DNA of 46,221 nucleotides from Perkinsus olseni (taxonomy: Eukaryota). Shown here piece by piece: positions 1-11,347 of the stretch; the first letter of the stretch is position 1, and each line of letters begins with the position of its first letter. The stretch spans positions 1-46,221 of the forward strand of contig JABANN010000261.1 of NCBI GenBank assembly GCA_013115125.1. Reading direction: 5' to 3'. The notes below the pieces were generated by a model. That model searched no databases, had not been told where the DNA came from, and saw nothing but the letters and a program-made list of their open reading frames with translations. The position numbers were made by a program, and so were the translations under genes.

Positions 1-213
1 AAATACGGTTCCTGATCATTCTTGACTGCAACAAGAAAACTATTGAAGAGGCAAGAGAAATCTTGCCTCGTCTGAGAAAATTCTTGGCGCGCGCCCGAAA
101 ATGCCCTGATGATCAGAGGTTCCAAGTTCGATCCGAGGAGCTGTCGTTTTTCTCGGAATTATTTTCCGTATCTTGCGCTGTTCTACCGGTGCAACTATTC
201 CCGATTCTCTTGA

Positions 214-1448
214 ATGGGAAGCCTCTATGTCCGGTTTAAAAGGATAGTTGGTAGCTTTTGCTCAACAAGTGAGAGACTAATCCTCGTCGGTCCGCTATCG
301 CCTAGACTCAGGTCCCGCACTGGCCTTTGCCGCTCTCTTCACGACCTGGCTTTGGCTGGCAGCTGCCCACCGAGAGGCCTGGGTGGAATGCACTCCTGTC
401 GACTCTCATCAAGTCGCCCTCGATTGGGGGTAGGATGTTCGCTGTGCCGCTCCCGGTGTAACGTCGTCTCAGGCTCTTACCAGTGAACCACACTGAGGCG
501 GCCAAGGTCGACATAAGGCTGCGCGTTGGCTTGATGGAGATGAGCTTCCTGATCCACACTGGAACGACACTCGAATCGTCCGGGAGTGCTCAGGATGACC
601 TCGCTCCTTCCATCGAGAAGGGGAAGTCCTTAATAGAAGGGTAAGAAGCACCTGCATCACTTGGCCCCCCTCACCCTTCTCGCCTAGATATGTATTGCGG
701 ACGCTCAGCCACAACTGTCGCGGCTGGGAAGAGACTGATTGGTCGCTATTCAAATCGAGATCACGCGCATTCGTCGACGCCGCTAAGGCAGCGATTGGCA
801 ATTGGTCATCATCACCTAATGTTCTTACATCGCCCCAACGGCTCCTCGCCCGAGCTCAAAGGGGCTGTCCACACCGACGTAGACTCCACACTATCGGTAA
901 GCGGCTTCCTCACGGCTGCCCGCTGCAGTAGGTGGATGCTTGCAGGTAACATCTGTTACACAGGCATCCTTGCCGTTGTATTATGCCTCATGTTGACGGT
1001 CATTGGCTTGCTGTACATCAGTGCCCAGAAGGTCCATGTAATCGGCGTCTTCGTTACCTCGGTAGGTGTCTGACTCTCTCTCGTGCTCCACTCGGTGTCT
1101 TAGGTCGCAGCCTGCATCCTATCGATCGCTGTGTGTCTGCTATACACCCTTTACGTGACACACCCATCGACCCAGGGCATCTGCCCTACACTTGGAAGCA
1201 TCGACACGCTCGAGAGCCTTTCGAGACGACACTATTCATTAGCTCAAATAGCGACGTGGAAGCCACGTCGGCTGGGCTACTGTTTTGCCCTTTCTTGGGC
1301 GGCTTGCTGTCTCACATTCCTAATTGCAATTATCGCCTATCGTCGGTTTACTCGAGCTCAAAAGAAGAGGATGAAGGCCAATGATGGAAGTATCGATGAA
1401 GATGATGCGGCCTTTGATGATCCGTCTCAGCGACTTTTGCCATGGTAA
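214..1448 (+). CDS. Multi-exon membrane protein, claudin/PMP22-like 4-TM topology
   Basis: GT-AG splicing joins MGSLYVRFKRIVGSFCST to NSGPALAFAALFTTWLWLAAAHREAWVEC (TM1), then a long loop, hydrophobic GILAVVLCLMLTVIGLLYI and VHVIGVFVTS, and last exon RRLGYCFALSWAACCLTFLIAIIAYRRF with an acidic tail; stop at 1446-1448. Family call rests on topology and the G-Y-x-F-x-L-x-W motif before the last helix. Confidence 0.6.
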
Positions 1449-2422
1449 CCCTTTTGAGAGTTCCTTGTTGCTATGTGATGGTCATCAACATGTAAAGTGC
1501 ACCATTGTGCAAAGGCATTATGAAATCCAGTTTCGTGTTCAGTTTATGTCAGTGCTGGTCATTCGAGTCACAGAGGTGTCGTCAGAGCACCATCGTGATG
1601 AAATAACTCCGCTGGCAATACCTCCTCGGTGGAGAGAGTGTCTACGGAATATTGACAATGTACTGCGGCATTCTTATGGTGTCGCATATGTAACAATTCT
1701 ATTCGTCCTAGTGGTCGCGGGATCCGGCGATAGGCCGTAGTATTGGGAGATGTCACGGTCACTAAGGGTTATTGGAGCTTCGTCACCACAAATATAGGCC
1801 GTATGTCGGCCTGGTGTCCAGTCGTGCTTGATCGGCGGTTGTATACGGATATTGCTGTATATCTGCTGAACCGAGCCGCTGGGTTCAGATGATTGCCAAA
1901 TCCCGTGGTGGCTTGTGTTTGAGTCTTGGGTTGGCACGCGAACGGAGCCAGCTTTATCAGCAACTACAAACTTCACTAACCTAACCCATTTACACATTTT
2001 GATGTTACTCCACGGTAGGAGATTCCCGGATTTTACATGCACGTGAGAGATCGTGACAGACTGCATTCCCACATCGAGTAGGGCAAAACAGCTAGCTAAA
2101 ACAGGTGAGGTAACTCATTAAGATATACCAGTCGAGTAATTTTGGCTGCCCCACTCATGATGATAAAAATCATCGTTAACATGATCCATTCGAAGATAAC
2201 CCTCTCTACTCCAGACTAACACTGCCACGGTTTACATGCAGAAAAGATTATTCATGTCTAGCTTACTTTATACTTTAGCAAGAGGTTGCAATGAAATAGT
2301 CAGCCACACTTGGAATGCGAAAGAGCAGTACAGAAGCCACCAATAGTTAAGCGAAGAAAAACTACTGTCAGCAAATAACTTGTGCAGACCAGCTGCTAAT
2401 AGGCTATTATGCCTTCTCAAAA

Positions 2423-2887
2423 TTAGGGGCAAGCATAGGCAGTACCAGTGCAGCCGGGTGAAGCCTCATAGCACAAACCGTTGGCATTCTTGAGGAGGCC
2501 AAAGCAGACGGGGGTGGATAGCCAAGTCTTGCAGAAAGACTTCCAAGTACTGGCCGCACAATCGGGTACGGAGTCGCAGGCAGAAGTGCAGCTGTCGAAC
2601 GACGCAGTGGTAGCGCCACAGGGAACAACTTCGTTTGAGTCAGCCGAACCCAAGTTGTGGCATTTGTTGTGATAGTTCAATGGAAATAAACAGCACGCAT
2701 GCCCAAAAATGAACAAGACAAAAATGAAACTGCTCAACTGTCCCACATGCACAAGACGAGCGAAAATATAGGATAGTAGCAAAAATGCCAAACTTCGCAG
2801 TACCGTCGCTCAGCGAAATGCTTTCCTTCTTGGTATACTGAGTGCCACAACGAAAGCACAGATGATGCAGGGGAGTAAGAGCTTCAT
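2423..2887 (-). CDS. Small secreted cysteine-rich protein (Perkinsus-type CKTW..PVCFGL family), possibly disrupted
   Basis: C-terminal CTSACDSVPDCAASTWKSFCKTWLSTPVCFGLLKNANGLCYEASPGCTGTAYACP (ORF 2423..2791). ATG at 2887 encodes signal-like MKLLLPCIICAFVVALSIP but stops after 25 codons, so an intron or frameshift is needed to join the two parts. Confidence 0.55.
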
Positions 2888-2938
2888 TCCAACGACGGGC
2901 AAGTGTATCGCTGAATCATGATCGAAGGCGATCGGAAA

Positions 2939-5900
2939 CTATGACGTATCAGTCATGGAAGTGGATGTTGTCATCATATTCTCAGCTGCTGTTCTCATCC
3001 GACTTATGTAGTGCTTCGAGCGCATCTCCTCCAGCCTGGCGATGAACTTCGCCACGGACCATACATCCACAATGTCCCCTTTGCGCTTCACTTGTATCTT
3101 ATTAGCATGGTAAGAAAGACATCATGATCACATCGCGAACGATGTTCGAAACGTGCTGTGATCGTAACACATTGCTCACAAGCGTGCAGACGATCTGAAA
3201 CAGGAGGCACGCAACTCACAGCCATGCCTGGCGCTGCAGGGGTGCTGTCGAGGCTCCCATCACTCAACATGCGACCACTCATGGCCATTTGGGAGATATC
3301 AGCGAGTATGACCAGACTCAGGCTAATGCCCGAGCTTGAGCGTAGCTCATGTAGGATATCATTAGCCTTTTGGACACGTGTTAGAACATCGCTGTACCTG
3401 ATGGTCGAGAGCACTACACAAGCCATGCATTCAGTGTGGGTACGTATGAATGAATCTTCCGCGGTGCTCGGTAACTCCCATGTCATCGAGGATCCGGTTA
3501 ATGACTTTAACTTCCGCCATCATCTTGGCCTACACCATCCATCCACCGCCTTCCGACGGAACACCATCCTTACCGTCTGGGTGTCAGCAAGAGAACTCTC
3601 AACGATAACTTCCTGTATCTCCTCCTCTTCTGCGACTGGCTCTACCAGTCCACGACTTGACATCCCCCGGCTCTTGCTCATGCTCTCACTCCGAAGAACC
3701 GGCGATGAGCCGGGTACGACCTACCAGGATGCTGAAGCTGCCGTGCAGCTTAGCATTCTAACAGCTTAGCATTCCAGATAAAGAAGTGTTAGACTCCAGA
3801 TAGAGATGGAGTTTATTCGAGCTCTCATAAGCAACCACGTGAAGAAGCGCCGCGGGTTGTTTCGTCACGACGGCGGCAGGGAGGTGGTGGAGGCCTGTAT
3901 CCACTCACCAAACGGAACACGAAGGCTCTCCCAAAGATGATCCTCTCTCCGCTCCGAAGGCGATGGCGTTGACCACTTCGATCGAGCAGTCGGCCGCCCA
4001 CTACCAGTCGGCCTACCATCACACCCGTCACTGCGCCACGAAAATGATTCAATCTCACCCGTGGTGTCCCGAGGAGCTGTCCGCTCTACTTCGACCGTTG
4101 CTACAGCATTCGAGGAGTCCACAATCAGGAGGCCTGCACAGTAGAGTGATCGCGGGGGTAGTAGTGACGAGAAGGCTATCACAAAGTTGATCAGGGATGC
4201 CAAGACCGCTGAGGACGATATCATTATCGGGTCCACAGCCGACTGTCGTGTGATGCTTCGACTCGGCGCCTGAGGACGTGCTTCAGTCGTGAGTGCTAGT
4301 GTAATGGTGTAACCCTTTGTGGAGTTGAGGAAGTACACTAGACAACCCGATAGAGATGGATCATCGCTGATGTTGAGAATGTATCTGTAGCGTCAGCAAC
4401 GGAGGTACTCTCCGGAGTAGGTCGTGTGACGTAGTCGTACGGCTCCCTAGCCTTCCTCCCGGCTATATCGTGTATGTTGTCCATGTTCAACTCCTTCAAG
4501 AGCTTACTGGAGGCTCGTAGTTTAGCATCCCAATCATCGAGAGAGTCCTCGAGGTAACTGATATGTCGTGCTCCCCCCCCCTCAGCAGAGGCACTACTTC
4601 TACTACCTCTGTGCACTCAGTTCCACAGCGGCAGGGACTGTTGGAGAGGTCTCCGAACGAGCTGATCGCTCAAGCTCAACTGTTTCCCGTATTTTGAATC
4701 TACATAGACTGGCTGTTGTTCTCTACAATGCCACTAGCATAACTCCCGCTGCGACTTTGGATTCCCCCGCGATCAGCGACGAAATAACATGCCACACCAT
4801 CTCCGATTCTCAGTGAGAATTTCTCACAACACTCGAGTACCACCGAGCTACCTCCTCCTTCTCCGTTGACCGGGGCTGAGCTTGCCCTTGGGTGATGCTT
4901 CAGAGCTCGGAGCCCCCCATTTCCCGGAACTATACGACCTGCTGTTGATGACAGCTTCCGGTATTGCCGGTCGTGGCTCGGGCGTTGGAGATCGTATTGG
5001 TATCTATTACAGGAGGTCATCTACACCTCTCACTCTACACCAACCCTCTACCGTCTTTATCTTCTTAACACTGCTGGCGAACCTCAGCGTGGAGAGTGTT
5101 TCCTCCTGGTCATGACGTGCTGGGGACACTGCCGCTAGCATCCATGTGTGGCTGTTGCCAGTTAAAGCATCAGTGAGAAGGTATCTACGACTACCGCAGA
5201 CGCGTTTGAGGTTATGATGGTGATTACGTGAGTTTGCTTTGTCTGAAGGGTATATGCGATACCGAGCCGGCGCCCTTAGCCGTTGAAAGCTTTGATATCA
5301 CTTGTCCCAACACCTACCGCGTGGTACCAACACACTGCCCAGTACATCATGCCATCGTTACTACCGAGAGGCTTGTATTTATTGACTGGCCCTCCCTCAT
5401 CCTTTGCCCTACAGCTCCACTCCTCTTAGTCCTCTCCGACCCCGCAAGATCGATAAGGTGTACCGATGAGGTCCCTACTGGTATAACAGTGGATTGAATA
5501 CTCCGAACGATCTCCGTCTACTATGCTGTTGTTGGTCCGTGGTAAGCCTCTTTCTCAATCGCATAGTGAACACACTGTGGCTTCTACTGCTCTGACTATT
5601 CATGTTAGTCTGAGATGTATCCTATCATACAGTCATCAAAGACTCGAGACTCGACATTCACCTGTGCCGTGGCCCGTTGCCGAAGCCCCAGGTTGAGGAA
5701 GGACAGGCACTCACTGAGACTTCCACATGCCGCCTCGGTGAGGTTGGGCACCTGCACGTCGGACTGAACGCCGCTGGTAGGATAACAATGATTACGAAGA
5801 CTCCTTTAGTGGGGTGCTGATGTACGAATAACTTCTTCCTTTTGTCATTTCTATCGGACGGCTCATCAGCCATCACAGTCGGGGGAGGCGGTGTGTTAGG

Positions 5901-6712
5901 TCTTCTCTTGCCCGGTGACCCCGGCGGCGGCTTCAGTGCATTTGGAGACTTCTGCTCGTTCAACTGAGCCACACCCTCCCTCACTGTCATGGATAGTCCA
6001 GCACGTAACCGACTGATCGTCGCTGTAGAGCAATCGCGGTAGGTACTGTCTCTGGATCGAGCAAGTCTCGAAGCTGCTCATTGTAGATCTCTAGGAAGGA
6101 GACCGTCACAAAGAGCTGGTTGCTGTGATGCTTCTCCTGAGCAGCCAATCGTCTACATTCCGATGACCCTAGAGCCACAACAGGTGAATGCCGCGCTACT
6201 TCCTCGACAGCGCTGAATATCTCTTCCATGAGGTGCCGCAATACGCCGGGTGAATCCTCGGTCCCTGCGAAGGCTCGGACGTCCTTGACACCTTATCACA
6301 CCCCTACCGAGGATGCTGTGGGTTTTCCCACCGCCCGTTTGACCATAGGCGAAGAGACAATTGTTGAAACCGTTGAGGACGGAGTCTCTGATGGGCCTTC
6401 CGATACTAGCGTAGAGCTCCTCCTGAGCCAACACGCTTCCATCACTCTGCCCACGAGGACAGCATCTAACCTGCGTGACGCTCGGTGAGAATGCGCTGTC
6501 GTAAGTGAAGTATTTAGGTTCAACTTTTGGTGGCCCAACTAACTGTTCTGTTTCGATATCAATAGCAACGGTATTGCCATCGGTAGTGACCTAGGATTGA
6601 GATTCTTTGTCGCCTGTCGTTGTCCTTCTTTACTCACAATTGTAGGCATGTCCTCCTCCCTCGGTATGATAAGGGGTCGTATCCTCACACCTACTCTTAT
6701 AGCGGTCGACAT
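2939..6712 (-). CDS. Kinesin-3 family (KIF1/KIF13/KIF14/KIF16-like) motor with FHA-like domain
   Basis: Exons encode [15 protein letters not shown]-loop [28 protein letters not shown], switch [15 protein letters not shown], switch [20 protein letters not shown], coiled coil, and FHA-like [19 protein letters not shown] (3825-4058); C-terminal [15 protein letters not shown] then TAG at 2939-2941. Confidence 0.9.
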
Positions 6713-6955
6713 TACGACAACATCAACTTGTAAACACGACACTCTACGTTCTGCTATGGCGCATCTTTGGTAATTTCGTGGCGCAGTGACTGATCTTGTG
6801 CCTGCGTTCATCGCCACTCCATTTCTGAGACTGAGAATCGATTTTAATATCAGGTTTAAGACGTTAAACTCTCTTCAGCTCTGTGGATTTGAGTAATCCA
6901 CAGTAGATTCCGAGTCGCAATCAACCCGAATCCGGTTCAATCAGCATCCCGAACG

Positions 6956-7166
6956 ATGGAATATCGCCATAGATTCTTCTATTGGGGAACTCATCGCTCG
7001 GCCTCTACGGTCTCGTCTGTTGGCTTCTCCTTGTCTTATGGCACCTTTCGTAAAGTACTCGGTATGTCCTTCCTCATAGTGTCCTCTCGTTGCATTCATG
7101 CTCATCCGCTCAGCCTCTGCGGCTATCCCCAGGAGGGGTATCCAAGTGAGAAGGCTCGGTGAGGAA

Positions 7167-7205
<39 letters not shown>

Positions 7206-7667
7206 AACCAGCTCAATGATCTGTGATCGATTCATTTCAGGCAATGCTGCCCGAGGGCCGCCACTGTATGACCTCCCCGGCAACTTCCGATATGCCAAGG
7301 AATTCTTCACCAAGCCAGCTATCAGCTACGGAGAATTCCATCAGCAGTGCAGTTCCCTCAGGTTTCTGCTACAGCTTCTCGGCGCCAAACGACACTCATC
7401 GTTTTCAGGATATTCGTCTGTGCTGGTACGATTGGGTACATGTTACTGTCCTTCACCATCTGGCCCTGCAGATCGTCATATTGGCAGAATTGGGCGTTTT
7501 GGAGAGTCCCCGGTAACATCATGCATCACTTCAGCAAGCGTAGTGGCAGTATATTCCTGGACGAGCCCCTCAAGAGGACGATTGATGTTCCCAAGACCTA
7601 CGCTCACCTCATCGCCACTAGAAGGTTACCTGGTGAGGGCCTTGAAGAGGAGGAGGGTGAAGACTGA
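6956..7667 (+). CDS. Small single-TM protein, probably mitochondrial inner membrane
   Basis: Four exons splice in frame: ...YGTFRKVL|ASAAIPRRGIQVRRL|GNAARGPPLYDLPGNFRYAKEFFTKPAISYGEFHQQCSSLR|IFVCAGTIGYMLLSFTIWPCRSSYW...EEEEGED. Basic N-terminus and one TM helix. Confidence 0.7.
7167..7205. repeat. (CAT)13 microsatellite inside an intron
   Basis: 13 perfect CAT units between donor gtgagg (7158) and acceptor tttcag (7240). Confidence 0.9.
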
Positions 7668-7676
7668 ATGCTGGGA

Positions 7677-8035
7677 TCATGATGGGTGTCTTCGATACAT
7701 ATTTTTCTTTTTTGTCAGCGTTCGACTTTGCGTCTGTAGTTCACTCACGTCCCCCGACGCTTCTGTGATGGTTGCTGTGATTGATGTTACTGGTGCTTTC
7801 ACGTCTACACTCGAAGCGATCGTGGTATCACATGTGCTAGTCCAACACCACTCCTCATGGTTTGGAAAGTGCTCGCTGAGGGACAATGAGGAATGCACAT
7901 GCGGGACCTCGGTTCGCCCTGTAGCACACCTATGATCATCATGGCTACTAGAGGCAGCGGCAGTCAGTTGATGCTAGCATGCAGTAGGTGTTAAACATGG
8001 GTATTATAACACCGAGACGGGAGACGTGCTAGCAT
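7677..8035 (-). CDS. Small hypothetical protein with basic C-terminus
   Basis: MLARLPSR|CATGRTEVPHVHSS...QSRTLTKKKNMYRRHPS with one GT-AG intron joining in frame; an AG lies 4 nt upstream of the ATG. Confidence 0.4.
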
Positions 8036-8087
8036 GATACTGAGGAGCCGTGATTGATATATTTGATATGATATTGATCATGGCACT

Positions 8088-9473
8088 TCAAGAACATATT
8101 CGAACCTCCTTCGAGGTCGCCGCTTGTGAGTTCCCCTGGGGATAGGAATCAGGCGTGTATGCGGACTTAGTCGATCGCTGCTTCGATGCCTCCAACCAAA
8201 CTATTCGCTTCCCATTTATCGAGAGTCTTCGAGGCACATCATGTGGCGCACGTGGGCGACGACTTTAGAACCCAAATGCCGATCAATGATAGAATCTTCT
8301 TTACCCGTGAGAGGTCAGAGTGAGACAAGTTCACATGTTGAACTCTCTTTGTACCATCCTCGCTACTGATCTTCTCCGTGTACCGACGAGCTCTCTCTGA
8401 GGGACATGTCACTGCTGCACCCCGGGCTCGAAGAGCTGCTGTCACCTCTTCAGTCGATAACGGATCAGTTTCAATGACGTTGATGAGGAAACCATTGACT
8501 GTGAACCGAATAGTGTAACTGCAAGACAAGGCCTTGTCCAGAATATTATCCATATACGATTGGAGACTGTTCTAATTCTCACTACGATCTACGTCACCTG
8601 AGCCCTCCCCAAGAGGGGAACCGTATGGTGAAGCTGCTAGAGTGTGGTACAGGCTCGACGTGGCCTCTACCATACAATTCGCTAATCACGTCCACCGTAT
8701 ATTGGGAGATGTCGAAAGTGAGTGAGTCGTAGTACCTGACAATCGGTGGTTTCCGCTCTACTCGAATGGATGGGAGCGAAGGGCTTGCCATGGAGGGTAC
8801 CTGAACGATTTGACCCAAAACAGTAACCATTCTCGAGCTGCCTCAGCGCCGAGGAAGTCACGTAACGTCCCTAGAGTCGACAATGGCTGCTCATGCCATT
8901 GCCGCAGCACCTTGCACAGGACGCCAGCTTCGCCTGCAAGGCCTGGGGTGGATAGGACCATGTGATTGAAGGCTCAAGCGATCGCGCCGTTCTGTGCAGA
9001 TAGACATTTCCGAGAGTGGGCCACCACTTATCCACCGGTACGGTCGTACCGGTGGAGGCAACCTTCTCCTGTTCGCAATGTGTGTAGTTCTTGTCTCGAA
9101 ACTCCTTGAGACTCTCAGTCACTTCATCGCTGTTTCGGAGGAAAATGATGAGCCTGGTGGTCGAAAATGCTATCCTCATGCTCGTCTAGACTGACCACCT
9201 CAGAACCTCGATGCGGAGGGCATTACGAAGATCCTCACGAAGATCTCCAACTCGCTGAGTGTGGTCTAATACGATTGCTCGGATGTTACCTACGGGCAGC
9301 CGGGTGATGGCCAACAACACTCTGCGAATACACTACTCCCTAGAGCAAAGGTAGACCAGATATCGCCATGAGAGTCCACGGGGAAATATCGTATATCCGG
9401 CGGCCTGAGGACAGTCGGTCTCTCGCGTAGCGCTATTTGGACTATCGTGGAGCAAGGGCTCATACTCATTCAT
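8088..9473 (-). CDS. Multi-exon hypothetical protein
   Basis: Consecutive minus-strand ORF segments (8871..9179, 8758..8961, 8594..8830, 8239..8553) separated by short intron-like gaps; no recognised domain. Confidence 0.5.
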
Positions 9474-9559
9474 GGGTGTGGAAGCCTGTGAGAATCCACA
9501 TTCTGCATTTTCACCTTTAGTCGGAGCAGTCCCGTTGAAAGTGAGTCTTACATCAGAGT

Positions 9560-10523
9560 TTTGGGCGGACCGAGAGGCTCGTGGGGAAGGAGACTCTCAT
9601 CGTTATCTGTCTTGGCAAAGCAGGCATGCTCCATTTCTGTGACTGACAGCGGGAGTCGCGATCATCCTAGAGTGAGCCTTCCCAAACAGCGTGCCCTACT
9701 ATTGGGAGTCGCGACCACTATTCGCGAGCAAACTCTCTCTAGGAAGCTAACTCCCCCGACCGCCACCTCTCTGCTTCCTACGACGGCGCATGACGAACTT
9801 GTGCCCAACTGAGGAGCAAGCCAACGGTGTCTCCATAGCGATGATCAGCGTGCTAAGATCGCTGAGGTGCTGCTATGGGAAATGCCTTCCCGATGACGGA
9901 CCGCGAGGGGCGAAAGGCTTAACGCTGTAGTTCCGCCTGTAGAACAGTAACTCGAGCTCGACTCACCGCCTCGAGCAGCCCAGGCAATCCGTCCGGGAGA
10001 GCTTCATTCATAGGGGTATCTCTATGGGGCTAAGCAGGAAACAAGAGATCTATCAGGAAGCAACCCGATATCCGCACCAGGTCCGCCACAGGGCCTGCCA
10101 AGGTGGGGACGATCAAGGCCCAGGCGATCAGCTGGTATCGCGTAATCAGGAAGCCGTGACCCATTAGGAGGGAGTGTATGATAATAGAGAATACTGAGCA
10201 CCAGCGGGCATGCTGATGTGCCATTCAGCTCGAGAGTAGCGACCCTCGCTGTGGGAACGTCTGAGAAGATGTAGCTTCCGGGCGAAGCTGTTTGCCTGCA
10301 GGCCCCCAACGACTAGAAGACCCCGGCCCATTGAGATGCTATGAGTGCCACTGACTTCATCCGGCACATACTGAACCACATGGTACGTATTGGCGCACTC
10401 CTCGTCAGTTTCCGATGAATGTGATCTGACTGCCGTTGAGACTGTCGTACTAGTTCGTAGTCAGATGCCACGCCATGTTCTCTTACTCCCCCGACGTTGC
10501 ATATGGTCGAGCCTGTCCGCCAT
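9560..10523 (-). CDS. Multi-exon hypothetical protein
   Basis: ATG at 10523 (MADRLDHMQRRG), open segment 10022..10309 and canonical gtgagt/acag splice sites near 9935-9965; 3' end uncertain. Confidence 0.35.
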
Positions 10524-10984
10524 AGCACTGAGGTAGCCAAGTCGATAGAGTTTGCACTTAATTCTTCGAGAGGTGCGACAAGGAGGCGGAGAGAAGCTGC
10601 TGAGTAAAATCAACACTATTTTTCGGTTTCTAATCAAAGTTGGGCTCATAACTCTGTCTGCGCCCGCGTGCCGCAACATGGAGATTATCGAAAATTAGAG
10701 CCAAGCTAGTCTCACACTTATTCGAACAACGCGCCTCAGCGAGGGCTGTTCTTGAGCATACTCCACACCCTCTTCCTAGCAGATCGATGTATAGCTAAGT
10801 TCTGTGCGGAAAGTGAGGTTTCATCGAAGTTGCGCTGTCCTTCCGTCCGCTGTGCTGTCTTCACATTCACACGCATGCACGCGGAGCCCTCCGAACCCTC
10901 GACGCTAGAGGCACGTAGCCCCCACTGTTGAGGGATTGGCTTCATGAAGTCTTTCGGAAAGACTCTTTCCAGTAGGTTGTCTCG

Positions 10985-11347
10985 ATGCTCTATCACGTCG
11001 CACTCCTCGCCTTGGTGCTGAGCGGCCACATCAGCGTGGTCCGTGGATTCGAAGTGAAAGGCTTATACGAGTCATCCAACGAACCCATCAAGTCGCTCCA
11101 CTTCAATCCCAGGAGAATGACTGTCGCTGTAGTGCTGCAAGGCTCACCACCGATACTAGCACCCTACGCCCAGAACAAGCACGACATCAAGCTGTCCCTC
11201 GCCGCCGAGGACCTCGAGTATCTCAAGAAGCTGCACCCCGAGCAAGTTGGTGATGATACTTTCAAGAAGCTAACCGCCATAGCCAATGTGAGCGCCGTCC
11301 TGATGACGTATAAGGATGGTACAGTGAAACTTTACAGCGGAAGCTGA
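10985..11347 (+). CDS. Intronless secreted ~120-aa protein
   Basis: Signal peptide MLYHVALLALVLSGHISVVRG, single uninterrupted ORF, GC3-rich codons. Confidence 0.75.
   Translation: MLYHVALLALVLSGHISVVRGFEVKGLYESSNEPIKSLHFNPRRMTVAVVLQGSPPILAPYAQNKHDIKLSLAAEDLEYLKKLHPEQVGDDTFKKLTAIANVSAVLMTYKDGTVKLYSGS

Noticed and set aside
3158..3769. 203-aa plus-strand ORF
   Set aside because: Antisense shadow of kinesin coding exons, with no independent protein signal.
6320..6345. Kinesin P-loop variant GQTGGGKT
   Set aside because: Still fits GxxxxGKT, and switch I and II are intact, so there is no evidence for an inactive motor.
7110..7935. Poly-Ile, poly-Met and poly-His ORFs (7159..7935, 7110..7313)
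   Set aside because: Artefacts of the intronic (CAT)13 repeat; the spliced gene skips it.
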